The translations under genes and the position numbers were made by a program. Below, in pieces: positions 22,766-32,184 of a stretch of 64,000 nt of DNA. The stretch's first letter is position 1; the number at the start of each line of letters is the position of its first letter. This stretch comes from an uncultured delta proteobacterium (GTDB taxonomy: Bacteria > Desulfobacterota > RBG-13-43-22). The notes beneath the pieces were generated by a model. That model did not search any database. It worked only from the letters and a program-made list of their open reading frames with translations, and was not told the DNA's origin. The DNA is taken from positions 64,001 through 128,000 of the forward strand of contig CAWDKY010000032.1 of NCBI GenBank assembly GCA_963802945.1. Reading direction: 5' to 3'.

Positions 22766-23989
22766 TTAAGTAATATTTTTCAGCACCAGCGAAACAAAGG
22801 TCCCCCCGGATGAAAACCCGTTTATCAGACCGAAATTAATTGGAAGGTCTATCTTTTTTTCCATGACAAACCGCAGCGGACGGATCGGATTTTTAAGACC
22901 GACCGTGGGGGGAATGCTTCCCGCCTTTATCGATAAGGCCATGGCCGCCGTCCTTATCCCCCCGGATGAGAAGCTCTCACCCACAGCCCCTTTAATGGCG
23001 CTGATATAGGGTCGATCAGTAGCGCTTCCAAATACGATAGACAGCGCCTCGGCCTCAAGGGCGTCCAGTCTGCTGCCGCCGCTGGCGGCGGCCGAGACAT
23101 AATCGATTGCGCCGGGGGCGATCCCGGCCGAATTCAGCGCCCGGGTGATCGCCAGGACCGACCCCCGGGGATCTGAAGGCCAGTCGGTGGGCGGGGCCGG
23201 CGCTGAGCTCAGGCCCCATCCGACAATTTCACAATAGGGTCTGTGCCCGCGGGCCTCGGCCTGCGAGAAGGTCTCAAGGCATACCATCCCCGCCCCCTCG
23301 CCGACTACCGGTCCGTTTCGACGGATGTCAAAGGGACGTGCTCCCTCCGGCCCGCCGCCTAACGGGGAAAGGGCCTTAAAATGGGTCAGCACTCTAAAAA
23401 AGAATTCTGAAATAATATCTACGCCACCGGCAAACATAAAATCGGCCCGGCCTTGTTTAATCTCAGAAGCGGCGTAGACGATGGCCGTCTCGGCCGAGGC
23501 CTCACGGTGATTGATGGTTGAGTTGATCCCCCTGAAGCCAAGCTCGATGGAAGTATGGCCGGCCGGCGCGTTCATCACCGTATTCGGCACCTGAAAGGGA
23601 CCGACCATCCCCGGGCCTTGGCTGAGAAGCACTCCGGCAAACTGGGCGGCAACGTCGGTGCTGCCGACGGCGGTCCCCAGGATAATCCCCGTCCGATCCC
23701 GGTTGGAGACGTCTATGCTGACCCCGGCATCCTCCAGGGCCATCCTGGCTGAAGCGCAGGCCAGAGAGGATGTCCGGTCCATCTTGCGAAGGTTTTTCAC
23801 GGAGATGAACGCTCTGGGGCTAAAGTCCGTTACAGCCGCTCCCAGTTTGGAAGCAAAATGGGACGTATCAAAATGCGTAATCGGGGAGATGCCGCAGTCT
23901 CCCCGGAAAAGTTTCTGCAAGAAATCATCCTTTCCAACCCCTAAGGGAGTGACCAGGCCGACCCCGGATATGACCACACGGTTACTCAT
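22766..23989 (-). CDS. Ketosynthase-fold protein lacking catalytic residues (chain-length-factor-like)
   Basis: KS fold (GEGAG, GFSSGG) but INHREAS and VSAAASG replace TACSS and NAHGT; ATGAGTAA overlap with upstream KS. Confidence 0.8.
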   Translation of the reverse strand: MSNRVVISGVGLVTPLGVGKDDFLQKLFRGDCGISPITHFDTSHFASKLGAAVTDFSPRAFISVKNLRKMDRTSSLACASARMALEDAGVSIDVSNRDRTGIILGTAVGSTDVAAQFAGVLLSQGPGMVGPFQVPNTVMNAPAGHTSIELGFRGINSTINHREASAETAIVYAASEIKQGRADFMFAGGVDIISEFFFRVLTHFKALSPLGGGPEGARPFDIRRNGPVVGEGAGMVCLETFSQAEARGHRPYCEIVGWGLSSAPAPPTDWPSDPRGSVLAITRALNSAGIAPGAIDYVSAAASGGSRLDALEAEALSIVFGSATDRPYISAIKGAVGESFSSGGIRTAAMALSIKAGSIPPTVGLKNPIRPLRFVMEKKIDLPINFGLINGFSSGGTFVSLVLKNIT

Positions 23990-25229
23990 GGGCAATCCCT
24001 CTCGGGGTATAACTTCCCAAAACGATGGCGGTGTTGTTTCCGCCGAAGGCAAAAGAATTGGAAAGAACGATATTCACCTCCGCCTCCCGGCAGCCTTCGG
24101 TAACATAGTCCAGATCACATTCGGGGTCGGGTTCGGTCAGGTGAATCGTCGGCGGAATAAAATGCTGAAAAATAGCCAGAACGCAAGCCACTGCTTCGAT
24201 GGCGCCGGCCGCGCCCAAGGTGTGGCCCGTCATGGATTTTGTGGAACTCACCGGGAGGTGATAGGCCCGTTGGCCGAAAACCGCCTTGATCGCCTTGGTT
24301 TCTACAGGATCGTTGGCCGGGGTGGCCGTGCCATGGGCGTTGATATAGTCCACCTGCTCAGGGGCTAGGCCGCTGTCCTGCAAGGCGGCTTCTATACAGC
24401 GCACCGCCCCCGAAGCCTCAGGGTCCGGAGCGGTCATATGGTAGCTGTCGCAACTCACCCCGTATCCGAGGACCTCCCCGTAGATGCGCGCTCCCCGCTT
24501 TTGCGCCTGGCTCAAGGCCTCCAGGATCATGATGCCGGCCCCTTCGCCGAGAGAAAGCCCCTGCCGGTTTTTGTCGAAAGGCTTGCAATATTCCGGGTCC
24601 ACCGCCTGCAGCGCGTTAAAAGCGCCGTAAGTAATCCGGCAAAGGGGTTCGGTGCCTCCGGCGATAACCACGGTTGCCGTCCCCTCCCGGATCAGATCCC
24701 TGGCATACCCGATGGCCGTGGCGCCGGATGAACAGGCGGTCATGAATGTGGTTTTGGGTCCCATCAGCCCTAAGTTTGAGGCGATCTGGTCCGCGGAAGA
24801 GGCGCAGCAAAAGGCCGAAAAAGGCGAATAGCGGACGCCTTTACCGCTGCCCTGGAGATATTGGCGATAGGCCTCCTCGCCTTCCAGCATGCCGCCGGCC
24901 CCGCCGCCGATAACAACGCCGGTATCGGCCTGCAGGACTTCCGGAAAAGGAAAAAGTCCCGCATCGCTCAAGGCCTCCAGCGCAGCCGCCATGGCCATGC
25001 GGTCCGAACGAGACATCCGCTTTAATGAGAATTCCGGCGGGATCATCTCGCGTGGGGCAAAATTTTTCACTTCCCCGCCGGTATGGGTTCTGAAGTCGGT
25101 CGTATCAAAGACCGTGACCGGTCCGATGCCGCATACCCCTTGCCTTAGAGCTGCGCTGAATTTAGACGCACTCCCGGCAATGGCATTGATGGTTCCCAGT
25201 CCGGTGATGACGACTCTTTCTTTTTCCAT
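23982..25229 (-). CDS. Beta-ketoacyl-ACP synthase II-like
   Basis: TACSSG, NAHGTAT, GHTLGAAG, SFAFGG. Confidence 0.93.
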   Translation of the reverse strand: MEKERVVITGLGTINAIAGSASKFSAALRQGVCGIGPVTVFDTTDFRTHTGGEVKNFAPREMIPPEFSLKRMSRSDRMAMAAALEALSDAGLFPFPEVLQADTGVVIGGGAGGMLEGEEAYRQYLQGSGKGVRYSPFSAFCCASSADQIASNLGLMGPKTTFMTACSSGATAIGYARDLIREGTATVVIAGGTEPLCRITYGAFNALQAVDPEYCKPFDKNRQGLSLGEGAGIMILEALSQAQKRGARIYGEVLGYGVSCDSYHMTAPDPEASGAVRCIEAALQDSGLAPEQVDYINAHGTATPANDPVETKAIKAVFGQRAYHLPVSSTKSMTGHTLGAAGAIEAVACVLAIFQHFIPPTIHLTEPDPECDLDYVTEGCREAEVNIVLSNSFAFGGNNTAIVLGSYTPRGIAHE

Positions 25230-25303
25230 AAGAACTTATTAGTTCACAGAAAGCTGTAATAATAGGCAGACAGATTGAATGTTTTTTATTTGATATTTTT
25301 TAG

Positions 25304-25365
25304 CTAGGAACTTGCTTTTTGAGAGGAGACTATAAACCAAGGGAAAAACGGGGTCAAGGAGAAAA
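25304..25365 (-). promoter_or_regulatory. Promoter repeat A copy upstream of the KS operon
   Basis: TTTTCTCC-TTGACC-17-TATAGT followed by CAAAAAGCAAGTTC. Confidence 0.6.
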
Positions 25366-25431
25366 GGGTTATAAAGCAAGAACCCAGTATGACAATTTTA
25401 ACCAAAGAAGAGAAGTAACAGAAGATCAACC

Positions 25432-27390
25432 TTACTCTTCTATAGTTTCCATTTTCAATATCGAATCTTCCCAATAAGCCGTCAGCTGATTCACTTCTTT
25501 TTCAATCCGGGTATAGTCCTGCATCAAATCCTCGAATTGAGAACGATCCTTATAAGTCTCGGGATCGGCCAAAAGCGTTTCCATCCTTTTCTTTTCCTCA
25601 AAGGCATTCGAAAGCTGTTCCTCCAATTCTTTGATTTGTTTTATTAAGGGCGCCTGGCGTCGAAAAAGGGCATTTCTCTGTTCCGCCTCTTGACGTTTTT
25701 CTTCCTGGGATTTTCGAACAACGGATTTATTGGCCGGGGTTCCTTCTTTCTCCCTACGGGTTCTCGGCAAGGGATAGATATCGGAGAGGCGGGCTTTCCA
25801 AATTTCTTCAAAGTCCTGGTAATTGCCTGGAAAAAGTTCCGCCTTTCCATCACGGATATAGAGGACCTTGTTGGACAGGGCATTGATCAGATGACGGTCG
25901 TGGGTTATAATACATAAGGGCCCGGAAAAGGATTTCAGGGCTTCCTCCAATACTTCCCTGGAGGGGATATCCAGGTGATTGGTCGGCTCATCGAAGAGCA
26001 AAAAATTGGCCCCGGATAAAAGCATCTTGAGGATGATTAGACGGCTCTTTTCCCCACCGGAGAGGACGGACACTTTTTTTTCAATATCTCCTTCTCGAAA
26101 AAGAAAGGCCGCCAGTAAGTTTCGCAAGGTCCCGTAGGTTCGATCACCGGCCACCTGAGCTGCCTCCTGCCAAACGGTGTGGGTCTCCTCCAACTGTTCC
26201 AATTGATGTTGGGCGAAATAGCTGACCGTAATGTTATGACCCAGAATGCGCTGCCCGGAATCGGGTTGAATGACCCCGGCCATGATTCTTAAAAGGGTGC
26301 TTTTTCCTGCTCCGTTCGGCCCCAAGATGGCTATTCGATTTTCCCGGGTAATCATCAAATCCAATTTTTGATAGAGATGGTTTTGGCCGTAGGATTTTGA
26401 AATACCCTTCAGCTCCAACACAGCCTTTCCGGTCCTTGCCATTTTTGGAAAATGGAAGGAAATACTTTGTTCGGCCGAGGGGGGTTGGATTCGTTCCAGA
26501 TGTTCAAGGGTCTTGATCCGGGATTGGACCTGTTTGGCTCGATCTTTCCGGGAACGGTTGCGGGCAATAAAGTCTTCAAGCTGGCGTATTTTTTCCTGCT
26601 GGTTGGCAAAGGCGGCTTTTTGGAGTTGAAGCCGCTTTTGTTTTTCAATAAGATAGCGGCTGTAGTTCCCGGGAAAGGAAGTAAGGGCTCCTTTTTCCAA
26701 TTCAAAAGTCTTTTGAACAACCCGATCCAAAAAGGCCCGGTCATGGGAGATTAGGAGCAGGGCCGAGGAAGTGTTTTGTAAGAAGGTCTCCAGCCAGATC
26801 AAAGAATCCAGATCCAGGTGGTTGGTTGGTTCATCCAGAAGCAAGAGATCCGGTTGGCTCAAAAGGAGCCGGGCCAGGGCCACCCGCATGATCCAGCCCC
26901 CACTTAAAGTTTCCACCGCTGTCTGGAAAGATTCCTCTTTAAAGCCCAAACCGGCCAGGACCTGTTTGGCTCGAAATTCCAGATCATAAGCCCCGAGGCG
27001 TTCCATCTCTGCCAGCAGATGGCTTTGCCTTTTGGCCAGAACCTCCAATTGGGCCTGATCGGTTGTCATATCCAGTCTCTGGGTGATTTGCTTAAACTCA
27101 GCCAAGATTTGTTGAACAGAGGAATCGACTTCCATCACTTGCTGAAGTACGGTTTTCCCGGTCAACTCTATGACATCTTGGGGGAGATACCCGAGACGAA
27201 GCCCTTTCTTTCTGTGGACCAGACCACTGTCCGGCTCCATAACCCCTAGCAGGATCTTAAAGAGGGTAGTCTTGCCGGCACCATTGACCCCTACCAGGGC
27301 GATTCGTTCTCCGGCATGGATGGAGAGCGAGACATCTCTCAAGACATCTTGCTTTCCGTAGAATTTATCGACGTGACTAAGAGCAATCAT
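25432..27390 (-). CDS. ABC-F family ATPase
   Basis: Two NBDs (GVNGAGKT, GPNGAGKS), DEPTNHLD twice, C-terminal coiled coil. Confidence 0.93.
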   Translation of the reverse strand: MIALSHVDKFYGKQDVLRDVSLSIHAGERIALVGVNGAGKTTLFKILLGVMEPDSGLVHRKKGLRLGYLPQDVIELTGKTVLQQVMEVDSSVQQILAEFKQITQRLDMTTDQAQLEVLAKRQSHLLAEMERLGAYDLEFRAKQVLAGLGFKEESFQTAVETLSGGWIMRVALARLLLSQPDLLLLDEPTNHLDLDSLIWLETFLQNTSSALLLISHDRAFLDRVVQKTFELEKGALTSFPGNYSRYLIEKQKRLQLQKAAFANQQEKIRQLEDFIARNRSRKDRAKQVQSRIKTLEHLERIQPPSAEQSISFHFPKMARTGKAVLELKGISKSYGQNHLYQKLDLMITRENRIAILGPNGAGKSTLLRIMAGVIQPDSGQRILGHNITVSYFAQHQLEQLEETHTVWQEAAQVAGDRTYGTLRNLLAAFLFREGDIEKKVSVLSGGEKSRLIILKMLLSGANFLLFDEPTNHLDIPSREVLEEALKSFSGPLCIITHDRHLINALSNKVLYIRDGKAELFPGNYQDFEEIWKARLSDIYPLPRTRREKEGTPANKSVVRKSQEEKRQEAEQRNALFRRQAPLIKQIKELEEQLSNAFEEKKRMETLLADPETYKDRSQFEDLMQDYTRIEKEVNQLTAYWEDSILKMETIEE

Positions 27391-27403
27391 TTAAAGAGAG
27401 AGA

Positions 27404-27485
27404 CTGGATGCTGGATAAAAGTAAAAAGACTGATACTGGATTTCGGAAAAATCCAGCATCTAGTATCCAGTATCAGGCATCTGGC
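27404..27485. repeat. Inverted heptamer repeat
   Basis: ggatgctggat..gatactggat / atccagcatctagtatccagtatcaggcatctgg. Confidence 0.6.
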
Positions 27486-27493
27486 AATGTGCA

Positions 27494-27847
27494 TCAAAAT
27501 GATTTCTTTTCTTTCTGCAGGTATTCCCCCAAAAGGCCCCGGGAATGGATATCCTCGTGGCAATAGGCACAAAGATTTTCCCAGTTACTTCCGTCCGGCG
27601 GGTTGTTCAGATGGTTTCCATCCTTATGGTGGACGGTCAGGAGTTGCCTCTGGGCAGGGGTAAATTCCCGGCCGCAACGGGCACAGATCAAACCGTGTAG
27701 GGTCAGCGATCGTTCCCGGTAATTCTCCTTAACGGGGATGTTGGTCCGGATTTCCTGTACAATCTCCTTGATGGTTTTATTGCCGGGTTGCCCGGGTTTT
27801 TTCCCCCGCTGGGATTGCCGGCCTGGTCCGAAAGTCATACGGCCCAT
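27494..27847 (-). CDS. YajD-family HNH nuclease
   Basis: YRERSL, CARCGREF, LTVHHKDGNHLNNPPDGSNWENLCAYCH. Confidence 0.88.
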   Translation of the reverse strand: MGRMTFGPGRQSQRGKKPGQPGNKTIKEIVQEIRTNIPVKENYRERSLTLHGLICARCGREFTPAQRQLLTVHHKDGNHLNNPPDGSNWENLCAYCHEDIHSRGLLGEYLQKEKKSF

Positions 27848-27912
27848 GGCGAGTATTTTCCTCTTTGAACATTTTTAAAGGGAAGGTTAATGCAGTATCC
27901 ATTCCGTCAAGC

Positions 27913-29166
27913 CTAGTCCTTCTCGGAGGTGGCTTTTTCATCACCGCTTTTTATTTCCACGGTATCCTTTCCCTTGATCACTCTTTTAAAACAATTGGAA
28001 CAAAAATTATAAGTTTGGCGTACTGCCGGTACCTGACCAAGACCAACGCGCATTTTTAAGGGAACATAGCCGGCCAGGGTGGACCAAGGTTTATCAGGGA
28101 ACAGGTACAAATTATAATAAGATCTTCTCTTCGCTTGCCAATTCTGGTTCCAGGCATAATCAGTCAGGAGATTGATTTCATCCACCTCGCCGGAATGAAA
28201 GGCCCTTTCAAACATCTTTTCCAACAGCACGGCGCCTGGAGAGTAAGAGGAATAGGCTTCATCATAGCAAATCTTTAAAATGATCAAAGACCGATTTATT
28301 TGAAAGGCCAGGTGAGCAGCAATCGTTTTCCCTTCAGCTTCCAGGAAGTGCCACTCCAACCAGCCCAGGTCCGTCAGCCGACCGGTCAAGGCTTTATAAA
28401 AAGACACCAAGGAATCGCCTTGACATAAAGCGCTGCCTTCGGTGTACTTCCAGCTGCAGGCCTCCACCGCCATGAAACGGGAAAGTTCTTGTTCGGTAAG
28501 GGAATCCCCTGTCAAAAAGGAAATTTTTGCCCCTGGAAGGGTAAACAATTTGCGTTCCAGGCGGCGTAAGTTTCGGACATATTTGGTTCCCAGGAGGGCC
28601 TTATATTCATCAAAAGATCGATCAACTTTAACAAAAGAGCCGTAACCGTCAAAAACAGACACCGCCTTAATTTTTCTTACTCCGTTATTCATGAGCTTTA
28701 TGGTGGGAGAACTTTCAGGGAGGCGTCTCATCTCAAAACTAAAACAGGTCGGTTGCATACGGGTCAGTTGAGACAGAAGTAAGGGGATGATCTCTTGTTC
28801 GCCGCCCGATTTAACCAAGAAATCAACCGAAGCAGTCTGGTCGTTATAGGGGGTCCGGAATTTATGGCAAGGCATTCCTATTCGTTTAATAGGAGTGATT
28901 ACTACCGGAAGCACACCCACCAGAGTTGAATGGTCATAAGCAAAAAGACAAAACCAACCCTCTCCGGGACTCAATTGATACTCCAGGTAAGAAGCGATCC
29001 AGGCGTGGGATGGATCCGGCAATCGATGCGGGGCCTGGAAGGCCAGGTCATTCCAGGCAGTTGCATGGGGTTTAAGCCCTTCAAGGGTTCTCACCGTTTG
29101 AATTTGAAAACCATTGTGATTCTTAAAAATAGGTTCTCCTGAGGAATCTCTTTTTGGGGTGATCAT
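27913..29166 (-). CDS. GNAT-family (CelD/BcsL-like) acetyltransferase
   Basis: SWK..GS, YDEAYSSYSPGAVL motifs. Confidence 0.8.
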   Translation of the reverse strand: MITPKRDSSGEPIFKNHNGFQIQTVRTLEGLKPHATAWNDLAFQAPHRLPDPSHAWIASYLEYQLSPGEGWFCLFAYDHSTLVGVLPVVITPIKRIGMPCHKFRTPYNDQTASVDFLVKSGGEQEIIPLLLSQLTRMQPTCFSFEMRRLPESSPTIKLMNNGVRKIKAVSVFDGYGSFVKVDRSFDEYKALLGTKYVRNLRRLERKLFTLPGAKISFLTGDSLTEQELSRFMAVEACSWKYTEGSALCQGDSLVSFYKALTGRLTDLGWLEWHFLEAEGKTIAAHLAFQINRSLIILKICYDEAYSSYSPGAVLLEKMFERAFHSGEVDEINLLTDYAWNQNWQAKRRSYYNLYLFPDKPWSTLAGYVPLKMRVGLGQVPAVRQTYNFCSNCFKRVIKGKDTVEIKSGDEKATSEKD

Positions 29167-29262
29167 TCTTAAATTATCCTGTCTTCATCTACTTAAACAG
29201 TGTATTACTTCCAAGGATTCCCTCTCGCCCTTTCCGGAAAGAGGGTAAAGGACAATTACCGC

Positions 29263-30435
29263 CTACTTACTGAGGAGGCTTCGATATACTTCTACATTTT
29301 GTTTTGCAATCACATCCCAGCTAAATAATCTTGATGCCCTTTCATACAAGCGCCGGCCTATTTCTTCTCTCTGTTGTGAGTCACGGATAAGCCTAAGCAT
29401 TTTTTCTGCCAAGTCGGCCGGGTCATTCTCTTTTACAAATATCCCATCTCCACCGATATACTCCGGCAGGCCAACCGATCGAGAGGCAATAACCGGCACA
29501 GCGTTAGCCATGGCCGTAGTTACTGTCGATCCGGCTTCACTGGTTGTATAGGGGATGACCAAGAATAAACTCTTTTGGTATTCCACCCACAATTCTTGCT
29601 CATTCGTAAAGACATAGTCAAACCATTTAACCTGATCAGTCAAACCCGATTGGGCAATGGGCTCAATTCCCTCTTCCTGACCGTATTCACGATTCAACCC
29701 GTGGATAAGGACTTTTGGGCTAATCCCCTTTTCTTTTAAGATGACCAGGGCCTTTAAAAATAGATCGAAGCCCTTACCATGGGCCAAATGATGCCCGCCG
29801 CAAAAAATGATCTGATCTCGTGAATATGAAGTCAAATTCGGTAGGTGGGTCCCATGGGGGATGACATGAATCTTTTCAGCTTGAATACCCCAGGATTCCA
29901 ATTGTTTTTTCATGGGAAGCGTTTGAACAATAAGGGCATCAGCTTTATTATAGACCCGGTTTAATCGGACTGTAGTCAGCTTGAAATTCTTTAATTTAAA
30001 TTGCTTCTGGATGGAATCGATTTCATGAATGGTGACCACCCGCTTAGACTCGGTCGGGAAAGTCAAAAAAGAAAGCAAGGGTAGAAAGCCGAAAGAGCCC
30101 TGGGTCTGCTGATAATTTAATATAGGCAGCTTCAGGTGTTTCAGGTACCGAGCCCCCTTGAAGACATCCCCCCCATATTCAGGCAGGAGTCGGGCCAGCC
30201 GTTTAATCCTGGACCCCGGTTTGGGGTAAAAATCGGCAAAATGCATTTGGGGAACAAGGGAGAAGGACAAATCGGGGTTAAACGGATCGTGACCATAACA
30301 CCGGCAGTTGGCCGACAGGATATGGACTTTCAGACCTGTTCGTTCAAGGGCCGAAGACAGCCTGTTGGCAAAGTTGCCGCAACTTTTCTCCTTATACCAG
30401 CAAGCAATTATCCCAATTTCCTCCAAGTGATCCAT
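29263..30435 (-). CDS. Glycosyltransferase family 4
   Basis: VVTIHE, VIPHG, KGFD, AMANAVPVIAS, FSWDVIA. Confidence 0.88.
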   Translation of the reverse strand: MDHLEEIGIIACWYKEKSCGNFANRLSSALERTGLKVHILSANCRCYGHDPFNPDLSFSLVPQMHFADFYPKPGSRIKRLARLLPEYGGDVFKGARYLKHLKLPILNYQQTQGSFGFLPLLSFLTFPTESKRVVTIHEIDSIQKQFKLKNFKLTTVRLNRVYNKADALIVQTLPMKKQLESWGIQAEKIHVIPHGTHLPNLTSYSRDQIIFCGGHHLAHGKGFDLFLKALVILKEKGISPKVLIHGLNREYGQEEGIEPIAQSGLTDQVKWFDYVFTNEQELWVEYQKSLFLVIPYTTSEAGSTVTTAMANAVPVIASRSVGLPEYIGGDGIFVKENDPADLAEKMLRLIRDSQQREEIGRRLYERASRLFSWDVIAKQNVEVYRSLLSK

Positions 30436-31166
30436 TGAACCCCCTTCCTGATTAATGATTTAAGAAACCGCTTTCTTCCTTCGGTTAATTCCGGATTTAG
30501 GATGAGTTGAAGTATTTGATCAGCGACCTCCTCGGGTCTTGCCGGAGAAATATTTTTTAAAAAATCTCTTGGAAAAAGGCTTAACATCTCCGTATCGACA
30601 TATCCCGGGCAGAGGTAAGCAATTTTGATATTCGTAGCGGCCACCTCCTGTGACAAGGCTTCAGTCAAGCCAACCAGCCCGAATTTTGAGGCACAATAAA
30701 CGGCTAGATTAGGGAACCCTCCTTTCCCGGCCCCAGAGACCAAATTAATAATTTGCCCATAACCTTGCCTCAGCATGATCAACAATACTTCGCGCGAGCA
30801 AAGAAAAGCCCCTTTTAAATTGGTATCAATCATTTTATCCCAATCCGCGCTCGTTGTCGAGACCATTGGACCATAAACCAATACTCCTGCATTATTAATC
30901 AGAACATCTATCCGCCCATAGCGATCCACGACCTGAGCGATGAGGCTCTTCACTTCCTTCTCTTGTCGGACATCGGTAGGAATTGGAATACAAGAACCAC
31001 CCTTAGCCTTAATGAGGCCGCAAGCCTTTTCCAAGGCTTCCTTATTCCGTGCCGCCAGAATCACCTGTGCGCCTTTTTCAACCAAAATCAGAGAAGTTGC
31101 CAACCCGATTCCCTTGCTGGCGCCAGTCACAATAATCACTTTGTCTTGGACTAAACTTTTATTCAT
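30408..31166 (-). CDS. SDR oxidoreductase
   Basis: TGASKGIG, NNAG, YCASK. Confidence 0.92.
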   Translation of the reverse strand: MNKSLVQDKVIIVTGASKGIGLATSLILVEKGAQVILAARNKEALEKACGLIKAKGGSCIPIPTDVRQEKEVKSLIAQVVDRYGRIDVLINNAGVLVYGPMVSTTSADWDKMIDTNLKGAFLCSREVLLIMLRQGYGQIINLVSGAGKGGFPNLAVYCASKFGLVGLTEALSQEVAATNIKIAYLCPGYVDTEMLSLFPRDFLKNISPARPEEVADQILQLILNPELTEGRKRFLKSLIRKGVQWITWRKLG

Positions 31167-32169
31167 TGGCTAAGATGCTCATCATCCCAACAACTGCTCG
31201 AGCGGCCTTAACTAAAAACTTGGGGTTCAGCTTATCCAAGGTATCGTCCGCACTATGCATGTAGGGATTTCTGTAAAAGGAGGTAATGAACACCGCATTA
31301 TAGCCCTTCTCCCAGAAGGATAGTTCATCCCCTCAACCACACTGAGGGCCGATATTTTTTTTGATCCCAATGTCCCCCCCCTTCAAACGGGAATAAATGT
31401 TCTCAACAAACGAGGTATTGGCCGGACGCCCGCCGACCAGTAAAATTTCATTAGGATTTTTAAATCCTGTTTGGACAAAATAAATCGGCTTTTTAATCAT
31501 CTGTTTGGCCAAGTAAAGCCCTTCTCTCAAAAAGCCTGTGCCTTGAGTTTCCCGCCACAAGGCCTTCAAAGAAGGTTGCGTGTATCCGATCGTATCGATG
31601 TTGATGACTCCTTTAATGGAACGACCCTTGGCCGCCAGTTCTTGGGCATAGGCTTGGCTGCCTTTGTGGCCCTGTTCTTCATTGGAAAAAAAGACCCACT
31701 CCACCGTGTTATTACCGGGATTCCCGGCTAAGAATCGAGCCCCTTCCAATAAAACCGCCACCCCTGTGCCGTTGTCGTCGGCCCCGGGGGCCGACCTGTG
31801 GGATTCCCAGCCGGCCGGGTGCGAATCGTAATGGGCGCAGACCACATAAACCGTTTCAGGATCTTTTTTCCCTGAAATGCGGGCCACAACATTTTTCCAT
31901 ATTTTGCCTTCTGCGGTATAAAAGGGGTAGTTTACATCCAAGGTTTTGTACGGTTTGAGTTTATGGTAAAGATAGTCGGCCACTTGATTCTGTTTTTCCC
32001 AGGTCGTTCGATTTCTAAAGGATTGCAGTTCCTCTAAAGTCTTGAAGATCGATCGTTCCGAGATCTCCATGGGTTCTCTTCCCGGCTGGCGGAAAAGGCT
32101 GGAAGCAACAGCTGGGCTTTGTTGAAAAAATACCCAGAGAAAAACAAGAAGCCATAATTTAATTTTCAT
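31159..32169 (-). CDS. Secreted M28-family metallopeptidase, 336 aa with in-frame UGA at codon 279 (candidate selenocysteine)
   Basis: AHYDS, GADDNGTG, NEEQG, NIDTIG; frame continues past TGA (31333-31335) as GDELSFWEKGYNAVFITSFYRNPYMHSADDTLDKLN...ANE*. Confidence 0.8.
31305..31332 (-). promoter_or_regulatory. Candidate SECIS hairpin of the M28 gene
   Basis: UGA-GGGGAUGAACUAU-CCUUCU-GGG-AGAAGG. Confidence 0.5.
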
Positions 32170-32184
32170 TAAACCCGTCCTTTT

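Noticed and set aside
8376-25400. Genomic island integrated at tRNA-Phe
   Set aside because: No integrase and no duplicated tRNA 3' end found in the window.
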